Virus record (IMG/VR): IMGVR_UViG_3300022700_000085
Span: 1 to 62,285 of that record
Direction: 5' to 3' (one strand)
Length of the DNA stretch: 62,285 nt
Origin: a virus
Lineage: Duplodnaviria > Caudoviricetes
Part shown: positions 46,876 to 56,582 of the stretch, one piece after another
Layout: every line of letters starts with the position of its first letter
How positions within the stretch are numbered: the stretch's first letter is position 1
Made by a program: the position numbers and the translations under genes
The notes under the pieces: model-generated
Told to the model about the DNA's origin: nothing
Databases searched by the model: none
The model's input: the letters and a program-made list of their open reading frames with translations, nothing else

Positions 46876-49575
46876 ATGCGTTTTAGAAAAGATACTTACT
46901 ATATTGACACTGAAACAATCGGTCTTCATGGACTCATTATTCTAATTCAATGGGCATATGAAGATGGTGAAGTTCAACTCCACAATGTCTGGAATGTACC
47001 TGTTAAGGACACACTACGGCTGATTGAAGCATTCTGCGATGGTACTTGTGTATTTTTCAACGCTTCATTTGATTGGTTCCATCTCTGTAAACTTTACACG
47101 ATGTTTCAATTACTTCCGTCAGATGCTATTCCGTGTGAACTCCCGATGGAAGATTTGGTTCAAGCTGAAATGAATGGCCGTGATGGGGCTTGTTTGAAAC
47201 CAAAACACACTGTTGATTTGATGCTTCATTCACGTAAAGGTGAATTTCAAACATTGATGTCTCGCCATGATATTAAAGTAGAAAAAGTACCAGTTCAATT
47301 AGCTTATGTATTAAGGGATAAACTTGAAAATTTAATTGAGCTTGACGGTATTCTATTCGCGAAACGAGCTAATCCAGATGCCCCTAAATGGGGTGTATAT
47401 GACAGGATCAAACGAGGTAAAGAAGATCAAGTAGACCAAAATTTCAAAGATGTAGTACTCAAGTTTAAACCTGCTGGCGGGTTAAAATATTTAGCTGAAC
47501 ATTGTCTTGGTTTAGACCCTGAATTTCATTCGTTCAAAGATGTGTATCCTGATAGACCGCACCACATAGCAGAAATAGGTTACGCACCATTTGCTTTAGC
47601 TACTTCATCATTTGATAAAGGGTGGGAAGTTCGCGATAAAGACAATAAATTGAGAGGAAAAGCATGGCCTGCTTTTATTCATATTGATATTGAATATTGG
47701 CGTGATAATGAAGAAGCACGTAGATATGCTCGTGATGATGTAGTTTATACTAGGCTTCTTGATGAGTATTTTAATTTTCCAGAGATAGATGATGATGACT
47801 CTGTGTTAGCTTGTATGGTTGCTGCTGTTAGATGGCATGGATTTGAAATTGATATACCAGCTATCAAAAAACTAATGGAAAAAGCTGACGCAGTTTTAGA
47901 CGCAGCTCCAATCAATGTTAATCGACCAGCAGAGGTCAAACAGTATATTCGTGAAGTGATGGATGAGAGTGAAGCCACACTAATTGATAAATCAACTAAA
48001 AAAGCTCACCTGGAAAAGATTCGTGCTGAATATATTGTAGAGCGAGAAGGTTTAGACCCTGATTTATATGCTGGTCCTTGTAATGCCTGTGGTGGGCGTG
48101 GCGTGTGTTCTCATTGTGATGGGACAGGATTAAGAAAAGACGAAGGTGAAGACCCAAAATGCCGTGAATGCGACGGCACTGGAGTTTGTCAACGATGTGG
48201 AGGTGAAAAATGTGAACCAGGAGGGGAGCTTTGTGTACGTTGCTTTGGTGATGGTTGCCCTAGATGTTTAAACCGTGGTTATTTGTTAATGGGCCCAACA
48301 TTGGCAGCAGAGCGAGCAAGCGAGATTCTTAAATGTAAAGTAGCAATTAAAGAAAAAGAATTATACACTAAGTTGCTTCGAGCGGGTAAATTTCACGCCG
48401 CTTTTAAAGTTATTGGGACACTATCATCACGAATGTCTGGTGGTGATGGGCTCAATGCACAGGGAATCAAGGGGTCAGATGAAGTTCGCGGTGCGTTCCC
48501 TTTAAAATGGGCAGGAATGTTGTTGTGTGGTGGTGACTTCGATGGATTTGAAGTCACGCTAGCTGATGCTGTGTTTCAAGATAAAAAGTTGCGTGATGAC
48601 TTGCTAGCGGGAAAATCCATTCACACTTTGATGGCTCGGAAAATCTACCCTGACAAAACTGAAGAACAAATCAAGAAAAGCAAAGGTTTCAAGGATGGTG
48701 GGGATGTTGACATGTATACCCGTGGAAAACAAGCTGTATTTTCACAATTGTATGGTGGTGATCACAATACAATCAATAAAAAGTTGAGTATCCCTAAGAA
48801 AGTTGCTGAAAAAGCTTGTAAAGATTTTCAAAATGATTATCCAGGCATGCGTGATGCCAGAGAAAAAATCGCCGAAGATTTTGAAGCTCTTAAACAACAC
48901 GGGGAGATTGGAACAGGGCACATCAGCTATAAAGAACCAAAAGAATATATTGAAACTTTCTTAGGTTTCCGACGGTATTTTACACTCGAAAATAAAATTG
49001 CCAAAGCTTTGTTTGGTCTGGCTCGAGACACACCTAAAACATGGAGAACTATTCAGGAGACTGTGGTAAGACGAGATCGGGAGCAAACTCCTGCTGGTGC
49101 GTGCAGCAGCGCTCTATATGGTGCCGCATTTCAGATTCAAGCATCTATTATTCGAGCCGCAAATAATCATTTGATTCAGTCTCCTGGCGCTGTTATTACA
49201 AAGCACTTGCAGCGTCGTATCTGGGATATTCAACCTTCGGGTGTAGGGGAATGGGTAGTGGCACCTATGAATATTCATGATGAGGTGTTAAGTGTCACCA
49301 AACCAGATAAGGTCGAAGAAGTCACTGAAACCGTGGTAAAAACTGTAGAATCATTTCGTGATAGAGTACCGCTTATTGGGATGGATTGGGTCAGAAGTAT
49401 GGAAAATTGGGCTGGAAAGAAAGGCGGCGATGAAGAGGATGTGCATATTGGTCCGTATGGAATAAGCGGGTTTGATGATTCTTATGTAGAACCTATTGAT
49501 ATTGATGAATTAGATAAATTGGAGGGAGAACCAGAATATATAGAAAACAATGAAAATTTAAACAATTTGATTTGA
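46876..49575 (+). CDS. polA: Family A DNA polymerase with 3'-5' exonuclease and DnaJ-like zinc-finger insertion
   Basis: DTET, FNASFD, YARDD exo motifs; GT.SSRMS; DFDGFE motif A; KQAVFSQLYG motif B; IHDE motif C. Confidence 0.9.
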   Translation: MRFRKDTYYIDTETIGLHGLIILIQWAYEDGEVQLHNVWNVPVKDTLRLIEAFCDGTCVFFNASFDWFHLCKLYTMFQLLPSDAIPCELPMEDLVQAEMNGRDGACLKPKHTVDLMLHSRKGEFQTLMSRHDIKVEKVPVQLAYVLRDKLENLIELDGILFAKRANPDAPKWGVYDRIKRGKEDQVDQNFKDVVLKFKPAGGLKYLAEHCLGLDPEFHSFKDVYPDRPHHIAEIGYAPFALATSSFDKGWEVRDKDNKLRGKAWPAFIHIDIEYWRDNEEARRYARDDVVYTRLLDEYFNFPEIDDDDSVLACMVAAVRWHGFEIDIPAIKKLMEKADAVLDAAPINVNRPAEVKQYIREVMDESEATLIDKSTKKAHLEKIRAEYIVEREGLDPDLYAGPCNACGGRGVCSHCDGTGLRKDEGEDPKCRECDGTGVCQRCGGEKCEPGGELCVRCFGDGCPRCLNRGYLLMGPTLAAERASEILKCKVAIKEKELYTKLLRAGKFHAAFKVIGTLSSRMSGGDGLNAQGIKGSDEVRGAFPLKWAGMLLCGGDFDGFEVTLADAVFQDKKLRDDLLAGKSIHTLMARKIYPDKTEEQIKKSKGFKDGGDVDMYTRGKQAVFSQLYGGDHNTINKKLSIPKKVAEKACKDFQNDYPGMRDAREKIAEDFEALKQHGEIGTGHISYKEPKEYIETFLGFRRYFTLENKIAKALFGLARDTPKTWRTIQETVVRRDREQTPAGACSSALYGAAFQIQASIIRAANNHLIQSPGAVITKHLQRRIWDIQPSGVGEWVVAPMNIHDEVLSVTKPDKVEEVTETVVKTVESFRDRVPLIGMDWVRSMENWAGKKGGDEEDVHIGPYGISGFDDSYVEPIDIDELDKLEGEPEYIENNENLNNLI

Positions 49576-49600
49576 CTTTTGTTACTTTTTATGGTATAAT
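49572..49600 (+). promoter_or_regulatory. Sigma70-type promoter
   Basis: TTGACT-17 nt-TATAAT. Confidence 0.75.
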
Positions 49601-49617
49601 TGTATGAGGGTATATTT

Positions 49618-49815
49618 ATGTATAATGTTCAATTAAGAAATATCGCTGCTTTGCTTTCAGATAATCATGCTGAAATTACCACGCATCTTGTAGAAGGTAA
49701 AGAAAAGATGAGTGAAGTGTATCTTGAAGAAGCCGCAAAATTAATGGAAAAACAAAGTGCTCGTATGTTGTCTGCTGCTGATGAAGTTCGAGAAATCATC
49801 AGAAAAGCTCGGTGA
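49618..49815 (+). CDS. Small helical hypothetical protein
   Basis: GAGG RBS, downstream of promoter. Confidence 0.5.
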   Translation: MYNVQLRNIAALLSDNHAEITTHLVEGKEKMSEVYLEEAAKLMEKQSARMLSAADEVREIIRKAR

Positions 49816-49878
49816 TCTTGCTTTAAATGTCCTGTTGGCAATAATCGAGGTTATAACTTTATTAATTTGGAGTCAAAG

Positions 49879-50142
49879 ATGAAGTATCGTAAGAAACCAG
49901 TAGTAATTGAAGCGAAGCAGCTTACGCCTGAAAATGAAGAGGAAGTTTATAATTGGATCGTACATAATGGGGGTTCTGTACTTGGTGCTTCTGGTGGTGA
50001 GCATGTATCTTTGACTATTCATACTCTTGAAGGTGAAATGAAAGTCAGTAAAGATGATTATGTAATCAAAGGTGTAGAAGGAGAATTTTATCCTTGTAAA
50101 CCGAATATATTTGAACAAACATATGAATTGGTGGTCGAATGA
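49879..50142 (+). CDS. Conserved small phage protein (KYRKKPVVIEA...TLEG...GEFYPCKP family)
   Basis: Recognisable widespread phage motif; function unknown. Confidence 0.7.
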   Translation: MKYRKKPVVIEAKQLTPENEEEVYNWIVHNGGSVLGASGGEHVSLTIHTLEGEMKVSKDDYVIKGVEGEFYPCKPNIFEQTYELVVE

Positions 50143-50603
50143 CAAGTTATGATCCTCTTATTACCAAAAATGGTAGGATACATAGGCTACCCCCTGGTGA
50201 TGAATTAAATATACCTGATTTTGGATCGACTGAATTAGAAAATACTTCTGGTTCAGTTGTTGTTATTGGTTCGGTCGTTTATTCTAACAATGCTGGCACG
50301 TTTGATTTGGCACAAGCTACATCCCTTGCTTCAGCGAAAGTGGTTGGCTTATGCAAAGAAGCTATTTCCGCGAATGTGGCTGGTGATATTCAAACAGGGG
50401 GTGTGCTTACTTTAACTGAAGCTCAATGGGACAATATTACAGGTGGTTCTGGTGGGCTTGATGGTTCTTATTTCCTTTCTACTGTTGCTGGTAAATTGAC
50501 TAATTCAGCGCCCATTAGTAGTGGGCAATTTGTAACGTATATCGGTCGCGCACTTAGTTCGACTGATTTATTAATTGAGATAGCTAACACTATAAGGTTG
50601 TAA
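50139..50603 (+). CDS. Virion adaptor/decoration-like protein, paralog of 50606
   Basis: Shared G..VY...G..DLAQA...VVGL...QWD...GGL...LS...G.LT..AP motif. Confidence 0.55.
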   Translation: MTSYDPLITKNGRIHRLPPGDELNIPDFGSTELENTSGSVVVIGSVVYSNNAGTFDLAQATSLASAKVVGLCKEAISANVAGDIQTGGVLTLTEAQWDNITGGSGGLDGSYFLSTVAGKLTNSAPISSGQFVTYIGRALSSTDLLIEIANTIRL

Positions 50604-50605
50604 AT

Positions 50606-51088
50606 ATGACACTACGAAAACCTCTCGTTATTACTGATGGTCAGATTGAACAACTGCAATCTGGTGATACACTTGATGCAACTGTTACTGACACCAATGA
50701 AATTAATCTAACTAATAATAATGCTTCAACTATTAACATCGGGCAGCCTGTTTATGCTGAATCAGACGGTAATGTTGATTTAGCACAAGCCAATGCTCAA
50801 GGTACTGTTGAGGTGGTTGGTTTGGTAGCTGATGCGACTATTGCTGCTAGTGCATCAGGGCAGATTATTACTGATGGGGTGTTGGAAGCCACCACAGACC
50901 AATGGGATGCGGTAACTGGAGATACCGGTGGTTTAACTGTTGGAGATGTATATTATCTTAGTGCTGCTTCTGCTGGTGAGCTTACTACCACTGCTCCAAC
51001 TTCAACAGGTAATCTTGTTAAGCGTGTTGGCACAGCATTAAGCACCACACAAATGGAACTTGAATTTGGTCAAACAGTTAAACTGTAA
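50606..51088 (+). CDS. Virion adaptor/decoration-like protein
   Basis: Paralog of 50139 and of the 11646 C-terminus; N-terminus shared with the fibre. Confidence 0.55.
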   Translation: MTLRKPLVITDGQIEQLQSGDTLDATVTDTNEINLTNNNASTINIGQPVYAESDGNVDLAQANAQGTVEVVGLVADATIAASASGQIITDGVLEATTDQWDAVTGDTGGLTVGDVYYLSAASAGELTTTAPTSTGNLVKRVGTALSTTQMELEFGQTVKL

Positions 51089-51096
51089 GGTGAGAT

Positions 51097-54000
51097 ATGG
51101 TATTGAAAAAACCTGTTGTAATAACAGAAGGTCAACTTGAGCAACTTCAAGATTCAGATGGTTTGGACCTTGATGGCCCTGTTGACATTGATGATTATTT
51201 ACACGTTCAGACTGGGGATGGTCTGTACGTGACTGAGACTGGGGTTGGGTTCGGGGTGATGGTCCCTGACTGCATAGCACATCTTTATTACAATGATCCT
51301 GGTGTCATTGCTGACCTTGGTGCTGATGATCCTCGTGGCCTACAGATTGAAAATGCCAACACAGGTGCTAATACTTTTGCTGATATTATGCTTCGGTGTG
51401 GGGATTCCGATGCGCATATTTCGGCTGTGAATGTTGGTACTAATACGACTGATTTAAAAACGTGGGTTGAAGGTGGTGGGTACACTGTTTTGACTCATGA
51501 TGGGAAGTTTGGAATTGGTGTTGATCCTTCCCAGGCTCTCGATCTTATTGGCTCGATGGAATTGGAAAATACCACCACTTCAACCACTGGGGTGATCTAT
51601 AAAGGTTCAGACCGGTTTATCCATGATTTCAGTCATCCTACAGGTAACACAGCGGTGCCGGAGGGGCTTAATACTTTTGTTGGTATTGATGCTGGTAATT
51701 TCACGATGGGTGGAACATCTGATAATACAGGAGCATCAAGCAGAAACACAGGTGTTGGGCACAGCACTCTATATAATAATACTGAAGGTTTTGGTAATAC
51801 TGCTGCTGGTGTAGAAGTTTTATATAGTAATACTGAAGGTATCAATAATACTGCTGCTGGTGAAGGGGCTTTATATTATAATACTTTAGGAGATAATAAT
51901 CTAGCTGATGGCTCGCACTCTTTATATCATAATATATCAGGTGATTTTAATGTTGCGTGCGGTGCAAGAGCTTTATATCATAATACTTACGGGGCTTCTA
52001 TTGTTGCTTGTGGTTATTATGCTGGTGCTTATGCTACCGGTGATGCCAATAACGAAACCTCTACCAATTCAGTTTATCTCGGTGCTGAAACCAAAGCTTT
52101 TGCCGATGGCGATGACAATGAAATAGTGATTGGTTACGATGCGACCGGAATAGGTAGTAACAGTGTAGTGCTCGGAAACAGCAGTGTGGAAACCACGGTG
52201 CTACGGGGCGACGTTGGAATTGGAACGGACAGCCCTTTCGCTGAATTGGACGTTAATGGCGACATCACCCTCAGCGGTGAGGCTGCTTACCGAAGCCCTG
52301 CACAACTCGGTAATTACCATCAGTCATTTGCGAGTAAAGAATACGTCTACAACTTAGATAAGTCGGATGTGCTTAGTGGGCATTTAACTCATATAGATTC
52401 GGATGATCAAGGGGGTAGTGCAACGGACGTTTGGGGTGATGGAAAATTCATCTACTTAGCAAACTATGGAGGTGGGCTTCATGTTTATAGCGTAGATGGG
52501 AGTGGAACCCTCACCCACCTCGATTCAGACGACCAAGGAGGTTTGGCCTTACGTGTATGGGGCGATGGCAAGTTCATCTACTTGGCGAACTATGAAGGTG
52601 GGCTCCACGTCTATAGTGTAGATGACAGCGGCATCCTCACTCACCTAGGTTCAGATGATCAAGGTGGCGAAGCTAGAGGTGTTTGGGGTGATGGTAAGTT
52701 CATCTACTTAGCAAACTATGATACTGGTCTCCATGTCTATAGTGTGGATAATAACGGCATCCTGACTCACCTCGATTCAGACGACCAAGGAGATACTGCG
52801 AGGGATGTATGGGGCGATGGCAAGTTTATTTACTTGGCGAATCATACTGGCGGTCTCCACGTCTATAGCGTAGATGACAGCGGCACGCTTACCCACCTAG
52901 ATTCAGACGACCAAGGAGGTTGGGCTCTGTGTGTTTGGGGTGATGGTAAGTTCATCTACTTAGCAAACTATGATATCGGTCTTCACGTCTATAGTGTAGA
53001 TAATAGTGGAACCCTGACTCACCTCGATTCAGACGATCAAGGAGACTATGCGCGAGGGGTGTGGGGTGACGGTAAATTTATTTACTTAGCAAATCATGGT
53101 GGTGGTCTCCATGTCTATAGTGTAGATGACAAAGGCATTCTTACTCATATAGATTCAGACGATCAAGGAGATGATGCTAGGAGCGTATGGGGCGATGGTA
53201 AGTTCATCTACTTAGCGAATCGGGGTGGTGGTCTCCACGTCTACAGCGTAGACAAAGCCTACGAGTACGACCAAGACGCTGAAGAGCACATCTTCCGTAC
53301 CAGTGGACTAGAACGGATGCGGATTAGTAGTGATGGCAACATCACCCTCAGCGGTGAGGCTGCTTACCGAAGCCCTGCACAACTTGGTGATTATCATCAG
53401 TCATTTGCGAGTAAAGAATACGTTTACAACTTAGATAAGTCGGACGTTCTAAGTGGGCACTTAACTCATATAGATTCGGACGACCAAGGAGATAATGCAT
53501 ATGGAGTATGGGGCGATGGTAAATTCATTTACTTAGCAAACTATGGAGGTGGGCTTCATGTCTATAGCGTAGATAATAGTGGCACTCTCACTCACCTCGA
53601 TTCAGACGACCAAGGAGATACTGCGAGGGATGTATGGGGTGATGGCAAGTTCATCTACTTAGCAAATGATAGTGGCGGTCTCCACGTCTATAGCGTAGAT
53701 AATAGTGGAGTATTAACCCACCTCGATTCAGATGATCAAGGTGGCGAAGCTAGAAGTGTTTGGGGCGATGGTAGGTTTGTTTATTTAGCAAACTATGATA
53801 CCGGTCTTCACGTCTATAGTGTAGATAATAGTGGAACCCTGACTCACCTCGATTCAGACGATCAGGGAGACGTGGCTATAGATGTATGGGGCGATGGTAA
53901 ATTCATTTACTTGGCAAATCATACTGGCGGTCTCCATGTTTATAGTATAAGTGACAACGGTATTCTTACGCATGTGGACTCAGACGATCAAGGAGATGGA

Positions 54001-55041
54001 GCGCGGGGTGTATGGGGCGATGGTAAATTCATTTACTTAGCAAATTTTGGTGGTGGTCTCCACGTTTACAGCGTGGATAACAGTGGCGCTCTCACTCACC
54101 TCGATTCAGACGATCAGGGGGGTATTGCGCGGGCTGTTTGGGGCGATGGCAAGTTCATTTACTTAGCAAATGATAGTGGCGGTCTCCACGTCTATAGCGT
54201 AAATAATAGTGGGGTATTAACCCACCTCGATTCAGATGATCAAGGGGATGATGCTCTAGATGTTTGGGGTGATGGTAGGTTTGTTTATTTAGTAAATGAT
54301 AGTGGCGGTCTCCACGTCTACAGCGTAGACAAAGCCTACGAGTACGACCAAGACGCAGAAGAGCACATCTTCCGTACCAGTGGACTAGAACGGATGCGTA
54401 TTGATAGTTCTGGTTATGTCGGCATCGGCACGGATGATCCAGAAAGAGCACTCCATATTGCGGCAAACCCAGCAGTATTGCTCTTTGAAGATTTGGCGGC
54501 TGGCACCAATGATAAGAGGGCACAGCTCCAGGCTGATGCAGGTCGGATAGAATTTAACGCACGAAATGACGACTTATCCAGTCGTACCGACAACATCTTG
54601 GTAATGGACATGGGGACAGGTGATGTCGGTATTGGCACGAATAATCCAGATGGAAAACTCAATATCGGAGAAACCACCAATGGGTCCGGTGTTTATTGGA
54701 CCAACCCTGCTGAAGTATCCACAACGGATGGCACAGAAACGACACTGGATTCTTTATCAACCGTCTCTAACGCGCTCTATCATATAACTGCAACAATTGT
54801 GGCAGTTAATAGTGATTTCCATGATGATGGGGCGTCCTATGTTCTTCATGGAACATTTAAAAATGATGGTGGAACATTAACACAGATTGGAACCACTTCA
54901 GTTGCTCATAACGCTGAAAGTGATTCTAATTGGGATGCCAAATTCGACGTGAGTGGTACGGATGTACGTGCACGAGTCACAGGTGTTCTTAATAGAGGCA
55001 TCAATTGGCATTGTTCAATGAGAGTTATGTCTATTAGTTAA
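51097..55041 (+). CDS. Fibre/receptor-binding protein with two 7-repeat LVIVD-like beta-propellers
   Basis: G.VGIGT..P and ERMRI fibre motifs; NTA.G..AL..NT.G repeats; 14 copies of a 42-aa repeat. Confidence 0.8.
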   Translation: MVLKKPVVITEGQLEQLQDSDGLDLDGPVDIDDYLHVQTGDGLYVTETGVGFGVMVPDCIAHLYYNDPGVIADLGADDPRGLQIENANTGANTFADIMLRCGDSDAHISAVNVGTNTTDLKTWVEGGGYTVLTHDGKFGIGVDPSQALDLIGSMELENTTTSTTGVIYKGSDRFIHDFSHPTGNTAVPEGLNTFVGIDAGNFTMGGTSDNTGASSRNTGVGHSTLYNNTEGFGNTAAGVEVLYSNTEGINNTAAGEGALYYNTLGDNNLADGSHSLYHNISGDFNVACGARALYHNTYGASIVACGYYAGAYATGDANNETSTNSVYLGAETKAFADGDDNEIVIGYDATGIGSNSVVLGNSSVETTVLRGDVGIGTDSPFAELDVNGDITLSGEAAYRSPAQLGNYHQSFASKEYVYNLDKSDVLSGHLTHIDSDDQGGSATDVWGDGKFIYLANYGGGLHVYSVDGSGTLTHLDSDDQGGLALRVWGDGKFIYLANYEGGLHVYSVDDSGILTHLGSDDQGGEARGVWGDGKFIYLANYDTGLHVYSVDNNGILTHLDSDDQGDTARDVWGDGKFIYLANHTGGLHVYSVDDSGTLTHLDSDDQGGWALCVWGDGKFIYLANYDIGLHVYSVDNSGTLTHLDSDDQGDYARGVWGDGKFIYLANHGGGLHVYSVDDKGILTHIDSDDQGDDARSVWGDGKFIYLANRGGGLHVYSVDKAYEYDQDAEEHIFRTSGLERMRISSDGNITLSGEAAYRSPAQLGDYHQSFASKEYVYNLDKSDVLSGHLTHIDSDDQGDNAYGVWGDGKFIYLANYGGGLHVYSVDNSGTLTHLDSDDQGDTARDVWGDGKFIYLANDSGGLHVYSVDNSGVLTHLDSDDQGGEARSVWGDGRFVYLANYDTGLHVYSVDNSGTLTHLDSDDQGDVAIDVWGDGKFIYLANHTGGLHVYSISDNGILTHVDSDDQGDGARGVWGDGKFIYLANFGGGLHVYSVDNSGALTHLDSDDQGGIARAVWGDGKFIYLANDSGGLHVYSVNNSGVLTHLDSDDQGDDALDVWGDGRFVYLVNDSGGLHVYSVDKAYEYDQDAEEHIFRTSGLERMRIDSSGYVGIGTDDPERALHIAANPAVLLFEDLAAGTNDKRAQLQADAGRIEFNARNDDLSSRTDNILVMDMGTGDVGIGTNNPDGKLNIGETTNGSGVYWTNPAEVSTTDGTETTLDSLSTVSNALYHITATIVAVNSDFHDDGASYVLHGTFKNDGGTLTQIGTTSVAHNAESDSNWDAKFDVSGTDVRARVTGVLNRGINWHCSMRVMSIS
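52255..54402 (+). repeat. Tandem 1077-bp duplication, each unit containing seven 126-bp repeats
   Basis: ATCACCCTCAGCGGTGAGG at 52264 and 53341; GACAAAGCCTACGAGTACGACC at 53251 and 54328. Confidence 0.92.
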
Positions 55042-55051
55042 AGGGGAAATT

Positions 55052-55483
55052 ATGTTACCGAGATTACCAGCACATGAAACAATTACAGAACCAGCTATCG
55101 CTGAAAAGAATTTTGATTCATGGTTTCTAAAACGTTTGAATCTTCGCGCAGATACTAATATAGCAAATATTGAATTCAAATGTTCACGTTATGATTATAT
55201 CCAGAAGGAAATCAGTAGTAAAAGTATTGATGCTTCAAAAAACGCCTATACTGAAGTTCAAAAGTGGCAGTGTTGGAAGGACGCAATGTCTGCCATTTTA
55301 AATTGTGTTAGTTTAGAAGCACAACGCATGGAAATAATCCAAGAGCTTCGAGTGAAACGCAAGGAAAAGAAAGCAATGGAAGAGGGTGCAGACACAACAG
55401 AGCTAGATGAACAAATAGCAACATTGGAAGCAACAAAAGATTCTATTGAAACTTCAATGGGTCCGCTTGACAGTACTAACTAA
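55052..55483 (+). CDS. Hypothetical protein, possible fibre chaperone
   Basis: Directly after the fibre gene; C-terminal coiled coil. Confidence 0.45.
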   Translation: MLPRLPAHETITEPAIAEKNFDSWFLKRLNLRADTNIANIEFKCSRYDYIQKEISSKSIDASKNAYTEVQKWQCWKDAMSAILNCVSLEAQRMEIIQELRVKRKEKKAMEEGADTTELDEQIATLEATKDSIETSMGPLDSTN

Positions 55484-55495
55484 ACATGGTATAAT
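55467..55495 (+). promoter_or_regulatory. Consensus sigma70-type promoter
   Basis: TTGACA-17 nt-TATAAT. Confidence 0.8.
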
Positions 55496-55512
55496 TGAGT
55501 AAAGGAGAAAAC

Positions 55513-55662
55513 ATGAAAAACTTAACTCGCGCACAACTTATCGCTTTGGCCACTCAAAAGACTGCTACCCCTTATCGGAAGCTCGTTGGCATGTCTAAAG
55601 ATCAACTTATCAAAGAGCTAGGGAATGTAGGAAATCCGTTTGAACCCGAACAGGTGAATTAA
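55513..55662 (+). CDS. Small Rho-N/HeH-like protein (49 aa), not in the ORF track
   Basis: AAGGAG RBS; LTRAQL..LA......MSKDQLI..L. Confidence 0.55.
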   Translation: MKNLTRAQLIALATQKTATPYRKLVGMSKDQLIKELGNVGNPFEPEQVN

Positions 55663-55976
55663 TGGATATAGATGAATTAAGAATCGTTGATGTTGAAAAT
55701 ATACTTAGTAATGTGCCTGACCATTTTGCTGTGGTGTTTCAACATGTTGATGGTTATAAACTGACTTATTCAAATGTGAGTCATGGATCATTAGATACGA
55801 TTATTTTTCTTGAAACTTTCAATGCACCTACCATTGTGCAGGATTTGGAATTGGTCACTTCACAAGTTCCAGAAGACCGTTATATTTCATTTTGTTGTTC
55901 AAACAAACGGCTTGTTCTTACTAATTATGAATATAATAAAACGTTTATCACTTTATTTTTTAAGGATGAACAATGA
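55662..55976 (+). CDS. Hypothetical protein
   Basis: Translationally coupled ORF. Confidence 0.5.
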   Translation: MDIDELRIVDVENILSNVPDHFAVVFQHVDGYKLTYSNVSHGSLDTIIFLETFNAPTIVQDLELVTSQVPEDRYISFCCSNKRLVLTNYEYNKTFITLFFKDEQ

Positions 55977-56188
55977 AACTTGGCGAATTTATAGATTCTT
56001 TAATAAATATGCGAGAAATCACAATAATTGATGGTGACCCTCAAATTGAATTTATGTATAATGGAAAGAAACTTGAAGCAACTAATATTCGCACTGAATC
56101 TGTTTGTGATTATAGTGTAGAAAGAGGTGATCTTTCCATACACCCAGGTTATAAAACAACCCTTACAGTTGAATTAGATGCAACCTAA
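55973..56188 (+). CDS. Hypothetical protein
   Basis: Coupled ORF with AAGGA RBS. Confidence 0.5.
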   Translation: MKLGEFIDSLINMREITIIDGDPQIEFMYNGKKLEATNIRTESVCDYSVERGDLSIHPGYKTTLTVELDAT

Positions 56189-56582
56189 AAAGTTTCGTGG
56201 TGGGTTAGGCCCAGAAGCTAAAATACAACGTGAATTTATCCGCTATGTGAAAGACCGTGGTTGGCACGTAGAACGTATGATCGGGAACGCCCTTCAAAAG
56301 GGTATTCCCGATATTTTTATTGCGCATTTGAAGCATGGAACGAGGTGGGTGGATTTAAAAAATCCGCGTGATTATGAATTCACACGTTCACAGCGGGTCA
56401 AATGGCCTATTTGGGAGCAATACGGGGTTGGAATATGGATTATAACCGGTTGGGGTGAAAAAGAATATGATAAACTTTTTCAACCTCCTAACTGGCGACA
56501 GTATTGGAAACCAAAATACGATGAAGAAAAAGAAGAATTAGAACAAATGTTACAGGAGCTTTTTGATGAAAATATTTCTTGA
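56178..56582 (+). CDS. VRR-NUC-like PD-(D/E)xK nuclease
   Basis: EAKIQ, GIPD, WVDLK, SQ motifs. Confidence 0.7.
   Translation: MQPKKFRGGLGPEAKIQREFIRYVKDRGWHVERMIGNALQKGIPDIFIAHLKHGTRWVDLKNPRDYEFTRSQRVKWPIWEQYGVGIWIITGWGEKEYDKLFQPPNWRQYWKPKYDEEKEELEQMLQELFDENIS

Noticed and set aside
48079-48279. Intein in the polymerase
   Set aside because: No Hint blocks or terminal HN/C; it is a Cys-rich insert
52255-54402. Diversity-generating retroelement acting on the fibre
   Set aside because: No reverse transcriptase in the window, repeats are all in-frame coding, and differences are not adenine-specific
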